Origin: Pirellulales bacterium
GTDB lineage: Bacteria > Planctomycetota > Planctomycetia > Pirellulales > JAICIG01
DNA: 64,000 nucleotides
Direction: 5' to 3'
NCBI GenBank assembly: GCA_035531595.1
Contig: DATKSN010000001.1
Span: 40,533 to 104,532 of the forward strand
Shown: piece by piece, positions 38,996 to 48,882 of the stretch
Position numbering within the stretch: position 1 is the stretch's first letter
Layout: every line of letters begins with the position of its first letter
Translations under genes and position numbers: made by a program
Notes under the pieces: generated by a model
The model's input: only the letters and a program-made list of their open reading frames with translations
Databases searched by the model: none
What the model was told of the DNA's origin: nothing

Positions 38996-39287
38996 TAGAC
39001 TTCACGCGGCCGACAATGAGACATTTTGCCACGAGAAATAAGGTGGCTGGTGGCAGAGCCTAAGCGATGCCCCGGCTAGCCCGGATTATTCATGGTCCGG
39101 GGAGGAACTCTCGCACTGTGCTGTAGCAGAATTCGCAAGAATTCTGGCGTAACTCGCGTCCACGGCCTGACTTCTTGCGAAGCCAGCTACGGGACCGTGA
39201 ATAATCCCGGCTAGATAGCGACCGGGGCATCGCTTAGGCTCTGCCCCAGCCACCGTGAATGTCTCATTCCCGGCCGCGTGAAGTATA
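38996..39287 (+). mobile_element. MITE-B interrupted by MITE-A
   Basis: Matches the 156-bp element at 43418-43573 with a 135-bp insertion at its internal CTAG. Confidence 0.9.
39080..39210 (+). mobile_element. MITE-A (131 bp), nested copy
   Basis: CTAG duplication at 39076-39079 and 39211-39214. Confidence 0.9.
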
Positions 39288-39372
39288 GTCCCCCTAGTCG
39301 AGACGCCGGGCATTGGTTATTTTCTTGGCATTCAAGCGAAGACCGTCGAAAAAACATTCACGCGAGGGAATC

Positions 39373-41946
39373 ATGAAGCGATTGGGAGTCGTATCACTGG
39401 CACTCATGGCCGTAGGCATCGTCGGGGGCGCGGGTTGGCTGCAGCTCGGCGGGCATGAGGCGATCTTGGCCCTCGGCCAAACCGTGACGGAACACCACAT
39501 CACCCTGTGGGAGCCGCTCACGAGTTACAAGTACAACACGTATGAAAAAATCGCCCTGTTGGCCAACGTGGGCGTCGCCATCGCGGGCCTGCTCTACGCC
39601 TTGATGCTCGTGGGCCAGGTCAAGAAGGCCGACCAAGGGACGCCGCGGATGCGGGAGATCGCCTTGGCGATCCGCGAGGGGGCCGACGCCTACCTGTATC
39701 GCCAGTTCCGTGTCGTGGGGCTCTTGATCGCGGTGATCACGGGGCTCTTGTACTGGGCGGCCAAATCGGGCGATGCCGCCCCTGAAATCGCCATTGGCCG
39801 CGCGGTCGCCTTCCTGATCGGCTCGATCTTCTCGGCCACGGTCGGCTTCGTCGGCATGCGGCTGGCCACGATCGGCAACCTCCGCGTGGCCGCCGCCGCG
39901 CAGCACAGTTTCGGCGGCGCCTTGCAGCTTGGCTACCGCACCGGCACGGTCACCGGCATGCTCACCGACGGCCTCGGCCTGTTGGGCGGTTCGATCATCT
40001 TCCTGGCCTACGGCGAGCATGCCTACGAGGCCCTGTTGGGCTTCGGCTTCGGCGGCACGCTGCTGGCGTTGTTCATGCGCGTGGGCGGCGGCATCTATAC
40101 CAAGGCCGCCGACGTGGGGGCCGACCTGGTCGGCAAGGTCGAAGCGGGCATCCCCGAGGACGACCCTCGCAACGCCGCCACGATCGCCGACAACGTGGGC
40201 GACAACGTCGGCGACTGCGCCGGCATGGCCGCCGACATCTTTGAAAGCTACGAGGTCACGATCGTCGCCGCCATGATTCTGGGCATCGCCAGCTTCGGTC
40301 ACAAGGGGGTGATCTTCCCCTTGCTGGTCCGCTCGATCGGCGTGATCGCCAGCATCATCAGCACCGCCAGCGTGCGCGCCGGCGACAAGGGGACCGCCGG
40401 CGAGGCCATGAAGAGCGTCAATCGCGGCTTCGTGATCGGCTCGATCATCAGCGTCGTGGGCTTCGTCATCCTGGGTCTGACTTACTTGAAGTTCGACGAC
40501 ACCTACCTGACCGAATACCCCCAGGCCGCCGCCGGGTTTCCCGGCCATACGGTGGCCAACTCCACGGCCGGGCTGCCGCAATGGGTCACCTTCGGCATCA
40601 CGGATCTCGACATGCGACCGGCCTGGACCTGCCTGATCGGCATCATTCTCGCCGTCGCCCTCAACAAGTGTACCGAGTATTACACCGGCACCGAATACTC
40701 GCCCGTCAAGAGCCTGGCCAAAAGCTGCGAGACCGGCCACGCCACGAATATCATCCAGGGCCTCGCCGTGGGATACGAAAGCACCGTCGCGGCGGTGTTC
40801 ATCATCGCCGGCGCGATCCTGGCCAGCGTCTTGATCTATTCCGACACCAACGCCACCTTCGTGGCCTACGGCGTCGCCATGTGCGGCATCGGCATGCTCA
40901 CGCTCACCGGCAACACGATCTCGATGGACGTCTTCGGTCCCGTGGCCGACAACGCCAACGGCATCGGCGAAATGGGCTACGACAAGGCGGCCATGGGCGA
41001 GGCCCAGTACAAGGAATCGCGCCAGATCCTGGCAGACCTCGACGCCGTGGGCAACACCACCAAGGCCATCACCAAGGGTATCGCCATCGGCTCCGCCGTG
41101 ATCGCGGCCGTGTCGCTGTTCAACAGCTTCATCGTCACCGTCGGATCGGGCGGCAAGGGCGAGTCGGAAATCATCAGCGCCGACGTTTACACCCACGTCG
41201 CCAACCTGCTGACGGTTTCCAACCCGCACCTGTTCATCGGCATGCTGATCGGCGCCTCCGTGCCCTTCTTGTTCAGTTCGATGACGATCCGGGCGGTCGG
41301 ACGGGCCGCCTTCTTGATCGTCAAGGAGTGCCGCATTCAATTCCGCGACAAGGAAATCTGGGAAGGCACCAAGAAGCCCGACTACGGCCGCGTCGTCGAT
41401 ATCTGCACCGGCGCCGCCCAGAAGGAACTGGTCGGGCCGGCGCTGCTGGCCATCCTGTTTCCGATGCTGGTCGGTTTCGGCCTGGGGACGATCGCCTTGG
41501 CGGGCTTCCTGGCCGGGATGATCGTCTCGGGACAGTTGTTGGCCGTGTTCATGGCCAATGCCGGCGGCGCTTGGGACAACGCCAAGAAGACGGTCGAAGA
41601 CGAGCCCAAGGACATGCAAGCCAACACCGGCAAGGGGAGCGAAAAACACAAAGCCTCGATCACCGGCGACACGGTGGGCGATCCGCTGAAAGACACCGCC
41701 GGCCCGGCCATCAACCCACTGATCAAGGTGATGAACATGGTCAGCCTGTTGATTATCGGCCTCGTGCTGCCCTACGATTCGGGACTGATTGGCGAGATGC
41801 CCATCGCGTGGCAGACACTGCACTTTCCCAAGGGGGCCCAGTTGCCGGACATGCTGTACTGGGGTGCCATCGCCGTGAGCATCATCGGCCTGATTTGGGC
41901 CATCTGGCAATCGAAACGCGACACCGGCGACATCCAATCGTCCTAG
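39373..41946 (+). CDS. hppA: Membrane-bound H+-translocating pyrophosphatase (K+-independent type)
   Basis: GGGIYTKAADVGADLVGKVE, EDDPRN, DNVGDNVGD, GDTVGDPLKD; GNTTKA carries the Lys of K+-independent enzymes. Confidence 0.93.
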   Translation: MKRLGVVSLALMAVGIVGGAGWLQLGGHEAILALGQTVTEHHITLWEPLTSYKYNTYEKIALLANVGVAIAGLLYALMLVGQVKKADQGTPRMREIALAIREGADAYLYRQFRVVGLLIAVITGLLYWAAKSGDAAPEIAIGRAVAFLIGSIFSATVGFVGMRLATIGNLRVAAAAQHSFGGALQLGYRTGTVTGMLTDGLGLLGGSIIFLAYGEHAYEALLGFGFGGTLLALFMRVGGGIYTKAADVGADLVGKVEAGIPEDDPRNAATIADNVGDNVGDCAGMAADIFESYEVTIVAAMILGIASFGHKGVIFPLLVRSIGVIASIISTASVRAGDKGTAGEAMKSVNRGFVIGSIISVVGFVILGLTYLKFDDTYLTEYPQAAAGFPGHTVANSTAGLPQWVTFGITDLDMRPAWTCLIGIILAVALNKCTEYYTGTEYSPVKSLAKSCETGHATNIIQGLAVGYESTVAAVFIIAGAILASVLIYSDTNATFVAYGVAMCGIGMLTLTGNTISMDVFGPVADNANGIGEMGYDKAAMGEAQYKESRQILADLDAVGNTTKAITKGIAIGSAVIAAVSLFNSFIVTVGSGGKGESEIISADVYTHVANLLTVSNPHLFIGMLIGASVPFLFSSMTIRAVGRAAFLIVKECRIQFRDKEIWEGTKKPDYGRVVDICTGAAQKELVGPALLAILFPMLVGFGLGTIALAGFLAGMIVSGQLLAVFMANAGGAWDNAKKTVEDEPKDMQANTGKGSEKHKASITGDTVGDPLKDTAGPAINPLIKVMNMVSLLIIGLVLPYDSGLIGEMPIAWQTLHFPKGAQLPDMLYWGAIAVSIIGLIWAIWQSKRDTGDIQSS

Positions 41947-42077
41947 CCCGGATTATTCATGGTCCCGTAGCGGGCTTCGCAAGAAGTCAGGCCATGGACA
42001 CGAGTTACGCCAGAATTCTTGCGAATTCTGCCACAGCACAGTGCGCGAGTTCCTCCCCGGACCATGAATAATCCGGG
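41947..42077 (-). mobile_element. MITE-A (131 bp)
   Basis: CTAG duplication whose left copy contains the hppA TAG stop. Confidence 0.9.
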
Positions 42078-42090
42078 CTAGGAGTCTGCC

Positions 42091-43350
42091 CTAGTTGGAT
42101 CCGTCGCATTGGGTTCTGTAGGGAACGCGCCTTGCTTGCGCTGCGGGTTCGTGTCGAACGTCTTCTGGCGGGACGCGGGCAAGCTCGGCAAGCTCGTCTT
42201 GGGCCGCGGCCAGTCGCTGGAGCACGATCTCGCGGCTCGCCCCTTCGGCGAGGACGGTGGCCACGGGTTGACCAGTTCGAAATTGCGTTGCGGGCGCGGG
42301 AATGTCGGCGACCGCCGGCCATGAGCGGCCCACGTTCAGGAGCCGAAGTTTTTCGCAGAACTCCGGCGAGGCCACGCTGTCACGGCGGGCAAAGTGAATC
42401 CGCTTGCCGTACCAGCGATCGTCGGCGGGCTCCGCCGGCGCCGGTAGCTCCCCTTCGAGGCAGGCCACCATGTGCCGGCCGACGGCCGAACTTTCCGACG
42501 CCCAATCGAGGATTTCAGCCGAAGCGGGATAGCGCGGGTTGACCTCGACGGGCCAAACTCGCTCGCCGGCGACGATCGCGTCGACGCCGAACAGCCCAAT
42601 CAACCCAAATGCGCCGGCCAGGGCCTGGCCAATCTGCTCGAATGTCGCGCGAACCGGCGGCGACAGCCGCAACGGCCCGACCGAGCCGGCGTAACGAAAG
42701 CGGTTCTCCCCGGCGTCGCCGCCCGCCAGAAGCTGTTCGGTCACTCCCAATAGCCTGGCCTCTCCACGGGCCGCGACGTAGACCGCCCCGCACGACGGAC
42801 CCTCGATCCACTGTTGAAAGTAGTATCCTCGATCGCCCGGCGCTTGTGGGTCGGTTGCCCGCGGGTCGGTTGCCCGCGGGTCGGTTGCCCGCCAGACATG
42901 CACCTGGTTGCCACCGCTCGAACGTCGCCCCTTATGAAGCCAACCGTGGGATGGCCTTCCCAGGCCGTCTGGAAAAAGTTCCGGCGCCGTTACTCGGCAT
43001 TCCGGCACGTCCAAGCCCGCTCGGCGTAACGTGTCGCTGGTTTGAATCGGATCGCGTATGCGTCGCAGCACCGACGCGGGGTTTCCCAACAGCGGCCTTG
43101 TGGCTGCGATCCGCTCGACGAGCACGGGATGGTTCTCCAGGCCGCCGGTATACATCCAAACGCCCGGCGGCGCCCGCCGCGCGACGTCTTCCAGCCCTGA
43201 GGGAAAGTCCGCAACGGCGGTCACCAGGGCGCCATCGCGCAGATCAACGTCGGCGAACAGATCACCGCACACCGGCGCGAAGCCCGCGCGCCGCGCCGAT
43301 TGCGCGGCCGCTCGGGCGCTGGCGCCCAAAATCAGTAGCGTTTCTCGCAT
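42091..43350 (-). CDS. ATP-grasp domain protein (methanopterin-biosynthesis-associated type possible)
   Basis: LILGASARAAAQSARRAG...DLFADVD, GGLEN, QQWIEG, FRYAGSVGP, GLFGVD, EVNPRYPAS; internal ATDPR x3 repeat. Confidence 0.75.
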   Translation of the reverse strand: MRETLLILGASARAAAQSARRAGFAPVCGDLFADVDLRDGALVTAVADFPSGLEDVARRAPPGVWMYTGGLENHPVLVERIAATRPLLGNPASVLRRIRDPIQTSDTLRRAGLDVPECRVTAPELFPDGLGRPSHGWLHKGRRSSGGNQVHVWRATDPRATDPRATDPQAPGDRGYYFQQWIEGPSCGAVYVAARGEARLLGVTEQLLAGGDAGENRFRYAGSVGPLRLSPPVRATFEQIGQALAGAFGLIGLFGVDAIVAGERVWPVEVNPRYPASAEILDWASESSAVGRHMVACLEGELPAPAEPADDRWYGKRIHFARRDSVASPEFCEKLRLLNVGRSWPAVADIPAPATQFRTGQPVATVLAEGASREIVLQRLAAAQDELAELARVPPEDVRHEPAAQARRVPYRTQCDGSN

Positions 43351-43417
43351 CGCCGCATTCTATACCGCGAGCGGCCGCCGTCACACTAACCCGCAGCGCA
43401 AGCAGGTTGTCTGACGT

Positions 43418-43573
43418 TATACTGCACGCGGCCGAGAATGAGACATTTTGCCACGAGAAAGCGGTGGCTGGTGGCAGAGCCTAGGCGATGCCCCGGCTAG
43501 ATAGCGACCGGGGCATCGCTTAGGCTCTGCCCCAGCCACCGTGAATGTCTCATTCTCGGCCGCCTGAAGTATA
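43418..43573 (+). mobile_element. MITE-B (156 bp), intact
   Basis: TATA ends; TIR TACT(G/T)CACGCGGCCGAGAATGAGACATT; long internal hairpin. Confidence 0.85.
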
Positions 43574-43821
43574 TATCGAGTTGTCGCCTCAAGGAACCCT
43601 CGCGCACCTCGGCGCCTTCCCCGCCCGCTGGGAGCAAGGAACGTCGTTACGTCCCTTGCTTGGCAAACTGGGAAGACTTTGCCAATCGGCGAGATTTTTC
43701 GGGATCTTCCGCTCGTGACGGCCGCGCGGATTTTCTGATTCGACGGATTGTGCCGCGACGATCGGTGATAACGCCTGCACCACACAAGGGATTGGCTTCA
43801 ACTCGTTCAGGGGGACGGCCC

Positions 43822-44748
43822 ATGCGGCTCACAAAGTTTACGTTCGTGTTGCTCTGCTCGACCTTGGTTGGCACCTGCGGTCTTGCGCGGCCGAGTATCT
43901 CGCCCGCCGCCGAAAACCGTTACGCGTCGTATTATCAACCGGCCGACGAGGAATCGCCCCCGCCTGAAGACACCGGCGACGAGGCCCCCTCGGACGAGGC
44001 CCAGCCGCCTGAAGAGACCACGGACGAGGCCCCTTCCGACGAAATGCCCGCCGAGGAAGTGTCGGACGAAGAACGAACGCCGGACGAGGGGTCGACCGAC
44101 GACGAGCCGCTCGAACGCCAGCCGGCCGACGAGACGCCGGATGAACCGGCCCCGCCGACGCCGGTCATGGAGGACGATTACCCCGTCGATACGAAACCTT
44201 CGCGTCGCGAGATAACTCCGCTGCCCGATACGACGACCACTCCGAACGACGACATGGTCGCTCCAGGCCAAAGCCACGGCGCATATGGCAGCGCCAGCGA
44301 GCCCAAGGGCTGGGGATACAACGGAGGTTGTTGCGCCGGCGTTTGGGATGGGTACTGCGACGAACTCCCCGGTTGCCACCATGGCGGCCGCGGTCATGGT
44401 CGCGGCTGTGGTCATGGCCATTGCTGTGGTCACAGTCATGGCTGCGTTCATAGCCGGCTTTGGCGCCGGATGATGTGCCGCCAATCGACTCAGTTGGGCG
44501 GCCGAAACAAGTGTTGCCAGCGTCAACACGGCAGTTGCCATCGTCAATGTGGCGTTCCTTCCTGCTGCCGGGCGGCGACCAAGGTCGACGATAATGACAG
44601 CGTGGCGCCACCCGCTCCGCCCGAACCCGTGCCCTACGCCTCCGCGGCCAGGTCGAGCCGCAAAAGTTCGGCGGTCGTGCTCCAGCACTGGGACATGCCG
44701 CGGATCACGTCGCAAGGCGGCAAGACGCGGAAGCGGATCGTTGATTAA
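43822..44748 (+). CDS. Secreted low-complexity protein (acidic Pro/Glu/Asp region plus Cys/His/Gly region)
   Basis: Signal MRLTKFTFVLLCSTLVG; EAPSDE repeats; CHHGGRGHGRGCGHGHCCGHSHGC. Confidence 0.6.
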   Translation: MRLTKFTFVLLCSTLVGTCGLARPSISPAAENRYASYYQPADEESPPPEDTGDEAPSDEAQPPEETTDEAPSDEMPAEEVSDEERTPDEGSTDDEPLERQPADETPDEPAPPTPVMEDDYPVDTKPSRREITPLPDTTTTPNDDMVAPGQSHGAYGSASEPKGWGYNGGCCAGVWDGYCDELPGCHHGGRGHGRGCGHGHCCGHSHGCVHSRLWRRMMCRQSTQLGGRNKCCQRQHGSCHRQCGVPSCCRAATKVDDNDSVAPPAPPEPVPYASAARSSRKSSAVVLQHWDMPRITSQGGKTRKRIVD

Positions 44749-44797
44749 GGCCGTATTCCGCCACGGACGGCCTGGGAAGGCCATCCCACGAAGGCGC

Positions 44798-46021
44798 TCA
44801 TTCGCCGAATCCCAGCACGCGGCGGATTTCGGCCGGGCTGGTCAGCCCGGCCTCGACGGCCTGGCAAGCACGTTGCCATCGGGTGACCATGCCGGCCTCG
44901 ACGGCCAGCGATTCCAACCGCGCCGCGTCGCTCCGCGAAAGGATCGCGCGGCCCAGTTCGTTCCGCTCAGCGGTGAACATCTCGGCCAACAGCATCCGCC
45001 CCTGATAGCCGGTCCCACGGCATTCGGCGCAGCCCACCGCACGCCGTGCCTGCTTGACGCGCAAGCCAAGGAACCCGTCGCAAGCGTCGGCCGCTTGCGA
45101 GCAAGAACAGAGCTGGCGCACGAGGCGCTGCGACAAGATTGCCAGCACGCCGCTGCGCAACAGGTAGGGCGCGATCCCCATGTCCGAAAGCCGGCTGATC
45201 GCGCCGGTGGCGCTGCCTGCGTGAAACGTGCTCAGCACGAGATGGCCGGTGAGCGACGCCTGAAAGGCGACCTCGGCCGTGGCGGCGTCGCGGATCTCGC
45301 CGAGCATGATCACTTCGGGATCCTGCCGCAACAGAAATTTCAGCCCGGTCGCCAGATCGAAACCGGCCGCGAGATTGGCCTGCGACTGGGCGACGCCGGC
45401 GACGGCCACCTCGATGGGATCTTCCAACGAGGCGATGCCGCGGCCGCCGGCCGATTGGGCCACAATCTCGCGCAGGCATGCGTAAAGGGTGGTCGTCTTG
45501 CCCGCCCCGGCCGGACCGGTCACCAGGATCGCGCCCGACGTTTCGGCCAACAGGCGCCGCAGCGCGGCTTGCAACTCGGCGTCGAACCCCAGGGAATCGA
45601 GCTCGAGGAAACGGCCCTGCTCGGCGAACAGACGCACGACCGCTTTCTCGCCGTAGAGCGTCGGGAACGTGCTGACGCGCACCTCGACCTTCGGCTCGTC
45701 GCCGCGAATCCGTCCCTCCTGCGGCACGTCGTTGCGATAGGTCAACAACTCGGCAAGCACCTTGAGCCGGGCCACGACGTTCGGCGCGATGCGCGCGGGC
45801 AGCACGTCGAGCGGGTGCAGCACCCCATCGATCCGCCAGCGCACGTCGAGGCCCTGTGGTGTGGGTTGCAAGTGCAGGTCGCTGGCCCCGGCCTCGCGTC
45901 CCGCTTTAAGCAACCGCTCGACGAGTTGCGTCGCGTACCGTGGGTCGGAAGCGTCGAGCGCGGCGATCTGCCGGCGCCACGAGTCGGCCGATGGGAAGGG
46001 CATGCAAACCGGTCTCACCAC
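44798..46021 (-). CDS. GspE/PulE/PilB family secretion ATPase
   Basis: ASDLHL, VRWRIDGVL, PQEGRI, GPAGAGKTTTLY, LEDPIE, RQDPEVIMLGEIRD, TGHLVLSTFH; exact start uncertain. Confidence 0.9.
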   Translation of the reverse strand: MVRPVCMPFPSADSWRRQIAALDASDPRYATQLVERLLKAGREAGASDLHLQPTPQGLDVRWRIDGVLHPLDVLPARIAPNVVARLKVLAELLTYRNDVPQEGRIRGDEPKVEVRVSTFPTLYGEKAVVRLFAEQGRFLELDSLGFDAELQAALRRLLAETSGAILVTGPAGAGKTTTLYACLREIVAQSAGGRGIASLEDPIEVAVAGVAQSQANLAAGFDLATGLKFLLRQDPEVIMLGEIRDAATAEVAFQASLTGHLVLSTFHAGSATGAISRLSDMGIAPYLLRSGVLAILSQRLVRQLCSCSQAADACDGFLGLRVKQARRAVGCAECRGTGYQGRMLLAEMFTAERNELGRAILSRSDAARLESLAVEAGMVTRWQRACQAVEAGLTSPAEIRRVLGFGE

Positions 46022-46794
46022 AGCGTATACCCGCCATCAATAACCAGTGCCGCGCCGGTCATATAGCGAGAGGCGTCGCCGGCGAGGTACACCGCCAACG
46101 GTCCCAGGTCTTCGGGCTTTCCGAAATCGCCCTGCGGGATCAGCCCTTTGAATGTCTCGATCACCTCGGGATGTTCTTTGGCCCAACGCACGTTGGGCTC
46201 GGTCATGAACCCGCCGGGGCAGATGGCGTTGACCGTCACGCCGAACGTCGCCCAGTCGGCGGCGGTGGCGCGGGTGAACTGGATGACGGCCGCCTTCGAC
46301 GTTTCGTAACTTCGTCCGCCGATGCCCCGGTTGGCCACCATGCCCGAGATCGAGGCGATGTTGATCACGCGCCCTTGCTTCCGCTGGAGCATGGCTCCGC
46401 CGATGAGCTTCGTGCAGAGGAACGTGCTGGTCAGGTTCAAGTCGATGATTTCCTGCCAGGTTTCCAACGGCAACTCGGCGGTCGGCGTGGGGACTCGCCG
46501 GCCGCCGACGTTGTTGATCAGAATGTCGAGCGGACCGAATTCGTCGAGCGCCCGTTGGCAAGCCGCTTGGCATTCGCCGGTGCGGCCGATATCCGCTTGG
46601 ATCGTGTCGGCGCGCCGGCCAAGCTTCCGGATGTCGCCGGCGGTGCGCGCCAGGCTCGCGTCGTCGCGGCCGACGAGCACCACGTCGGCGCCGGCGTCGG
46701 CGATCGCCAGGGCCATTTCGCGCCCCAGTCCGCGCGTGCCGCCGGTGATGAACAGTCGCTTGCCATCAAGGCGAAAGCGGTCGAAAATGCTCAT
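46015..46794 (-). CDS. SDR family oxidoreductase
   Basis: ITGGTRGLG, NNVG, YETSK, VNAICPG; start moved to MSIFDRF. Confidence 0.9.
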   Translation of the reverse strand: MSIFDRFRLDGKRLFITGGTRGLGREMALAIADAGADVVLVGRDDASLARTAGDIRKLGRRADTIQADIGRTGECQAACQRALDEFGPLDILINNVGGRRVPTPTAELPLETWQEIIDLNLTSTFLCTKLIGGAMLQRKQGRVINIASISGMVANRGIGGRSYETSKAAVIQFTRATAADWATFGVTVNAICPGGFMTEPNVRWAKEHPEVIETFKGLIPQGDFGKPEDLGPLAVYLAGDASRYMTGAALVIDGGYTLW

Positions 46795-47008
46795 GTTGTC
46801 GCTCCTGGTATCATCGATTGTACGTAACGAGCCGTTTGAAGGATAGGAGCGGCGAGGGGCTCGTGTCCATGCTTTTGCGGCGTGCCGCCGAAGGCGTTCC
46901 CCCCAACTCATGGATGGCGTATAATGCATCGGTAGGACACCTGCTCGTTCCGCGACCGCGTGGGGGCGGTAAGGTGCATTGACTGGTTTGGCGTACCGCG
47001 AGGTTCCG

Positions 47009-47584
47009 ATGGCGTTTCTGTTTGAAACTGACAGAGCGATTCAAGCCGCTGCCGTCTTGCTTCGAGCCGAGCCGAGCCGGCGCATGGGAAAGTTGCGACT
47101 GTTGCAAGTCCTTTACATCGCCGATCGCGAGGTGCTGTCCGAGACCGGGCGGTCGCTGCTCGGTGGACGGGTCGTGGCGATGAGGCACGGGCCACGCCAC
47201 GCCAATGTGTACGAGCTGATTCATGGCAGCCATGCCGACGAACCGAAATGGGCGCGGCACTTCCAGCGCGTCGGCCGTATGGTCGTGTTGACCGACGATC
47301 CCGGCGTGATGAGATTGTCGAAATACGAGATCGACAAGCTCAATACCGTCTCCGACCGATTGGCGGCCACCGACGACTACGACGTGGCGGAATTGACCCA
47401 CCAGTTCGCCGAGTGGGTTAAGAACTATTCCAACGCGGCCGCCGACATTTCGCCCGCGATTCCGTTAGCCGATGTCATCGATGCGGTCGGCCGCGGCGCC
47501 GATAAATCGGCGCTGCTCCAGGACGCGAGCGACGAAGCCGCCTTCACGAAGCTTTTCGCAGAACCCGAGCACGCCGCGAGATGA
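47009..47584 (+). CDS. Panacea/SocA (DUF4065) domain antitoxin
   Basis: KLRLLQVLYIADRE...GRSLLGGRVVAMRHGP, LTHQFAEW. Confidence 0.8.
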   Translation: MAFLFETDRAIQAAAVLLRAEPSRRMGKLRLLQVLYIADREVLSETGRSLLGGRVVAMRHGPRHANVYELIHGSHADEPKWARHFQRVGRMVVLTDDPGVMRLSKYEIDKLNTVSDRLAATDDYDVAELTHQFAEWVKNYSNAAADISPAIPLADVIDAVGRGADKSALLQDASDEAAFTKLFAEPEHAAR

Positions 47585-47588
47585 CGAC

Positions 47589-47744
47589 GTGAAAGCCGCG
47601 GACTGCTTCCGCTTTCGCGGGCATGACGAACACCTCTGGATCGTCATTTCCGATCCTGACATCGACGGTGAGCGCGTGTTGATTGCGCCCAAAGGCTCGC
47701 GGGTTCAACGGCATAAGGGCAGCCGCTGGCAGTATACAATTTGA
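47589..47744 (+). pseudogene. Probable truncated toxin downstream of the Panacea antitoxin
   Basis: GTG 4 nt after the antitoxin stop; KAADCFRFRGHDEHLWIVISDP resembles PemK/MazF-like N-termini; ends at 51 aa, just before queG. Confidence 0.5.
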
Positions 47745-47748
47745 CACA

Positions 47749-48882
47749 ATGCCTACCGCTCCGCCTTCCGCCGCGCTCACCGCCGCCCTCAAAGGCGAAG
47801 CCGCGCGGCTGGGGTTCGCGCTCATCGGCGCTTGCCCGGCGGCGACGCCCACGGGCATCGACCGCTTCCTCGAATGGCTGGCCGCCGGGTATGCCGGCGA
47901 GATGAACTACCTGGCGGATCGAGCCGAAGCCTATCGTCATCCGGCCAGCGTGCTCGACGGCGCCCGGAGCCTGCTCGTTTTGGGCTTCAAGTACCGCACG
48001 GCCGAACCCCGCTCGGCCGCCGGCGGCGAGGGCCGGGTGGCGCGCTATGCGTGGGGCGCCGACTACCATGAGTTGATTCACGACCGGCTCCGGCGCCTGG
48101 CCGAGTTTCTTCGCCGGCACGTTCCCGAGGCGGTGGCGCGGGGCGTGGTCGATACGGCCCCACTCTTGGAACGTGAGTTCGCCCAAGTGGCCGGGCTGGG
48201 TTGGATCGGCAAGAACACGCTGCTGCTGAACCAGCAGTTGGGAAGCTGGTTCTTCCTGGCCGCCCTGCTGACCGACGTTGAACTCGCGTACGACGCACCG
48301 CACGCCGGCGATCATTGCGGCACCTGCCGGGCATGCCTCGACGCCTGCCCCACGCAGGCCTTCGTCGCCCCGTACGTGCTCGACGCGCGGCGCTGCGTCA
48401 GTTATCTGACGATCGAGCTCAAGGGAAGCGTGCCCGCGGAACTGCGGCCCATGGTCGGCGACTGGTTGTTCGGCTGCGATGTTTGCCAGGACGTCTGCCC
48501 TTGGAACCAGCGAGCGCCCTTGACCGACGAGCCGGCTCTGGCGCCGGCGCCGGAGATGAACCCCGTCGAGTTGGCCGGGCTATTCGCTTTGGACGAAGCG
48601 GCCTTTCGGAGCCGCTTCCGCCATACGCCGTTCTGGCGGCCCAAGCGCCGCGGCATTTTGCGCAACGCCGCGATCGTTCTGGGCAACCAGCGTCACCCCG
48701 CCGGGTTGACGGCTCTGGCGCGCGGGCTGACCGACGTTGAACCTCTGGTCCGTGCCGCTTGCGCCTGGGCCTTGGGCCAGTACGACGACCGATCCGCCGT
48801 GGCCGCTCTTCGCGGGCGATTGTCCGCGGAAACCGATCCCGAAGTCCGTGACGAATTGATGGCCGCGTTAGAGACCGCTTAG
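47749..48882 (+). CDS. queG: Epoxyqueuosine reductase
   Basis: YAWGADYH, VDTAPLLERE, GLGWIGKN, CGTCRACLDACPT, CVSYLTIE, GCDVCQDVCPWN, HEAT-like C-terminus. Confidence 0.95.
   Translation: MPTAPPSAALTAALKGEAARLGFALIGACPAATPTGIDRFLEWLAAGYAGEMNYLADRAEAYRHPASVLDGARSLLVLGFKYRTAEPRSAAGGEGRVARYAWGADYHELIHDRLRRLAEFLRRHVPEAVARGVVDTAPLLEREFAQVAGLGWIGKNTLLLNQQLGSWFFLAALLTDVELAYDAPHAGDHCGTCRACLDACPTQAFVAPYVLDARRCVSYLTIELKGSVPAELRPMVGDWLFGCDVCQDVCPWNQRAPLTDEPALAPAPEMNPVELAGLFALDEAAFRSRFRHTPFWRPKRRGILRNAAIVLGNQRHPAGLTALARGLTDVEPLVRAACAWALGQYDDRSAVAALRGRLSAETDPEVRDELMAALETA

Noticed and set aside
39394-41937. 847-aa antisense ORF over hppA, and similar long shadows (21454-23544, 12965-14815, 54628-56592, 36610-38244)
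   Set aside because: Same-register antisense ORFs expected from high-GC codon bias opposite well-supported genes; no recognisable domains.
42005-42322. Recurrent short ORFs containing SWSGEELAHCAVAEFARILA or RIIHGPVAGFARSQA
   Set aside because: These are translations of MITE-A, not a protein family.
42849-42893. 15-bp tandem repeat as a phase-variation switch
   Set aside because: The unit is a multiple of 3 and only encodes an ATDPR linker; there is no frameshift potential.
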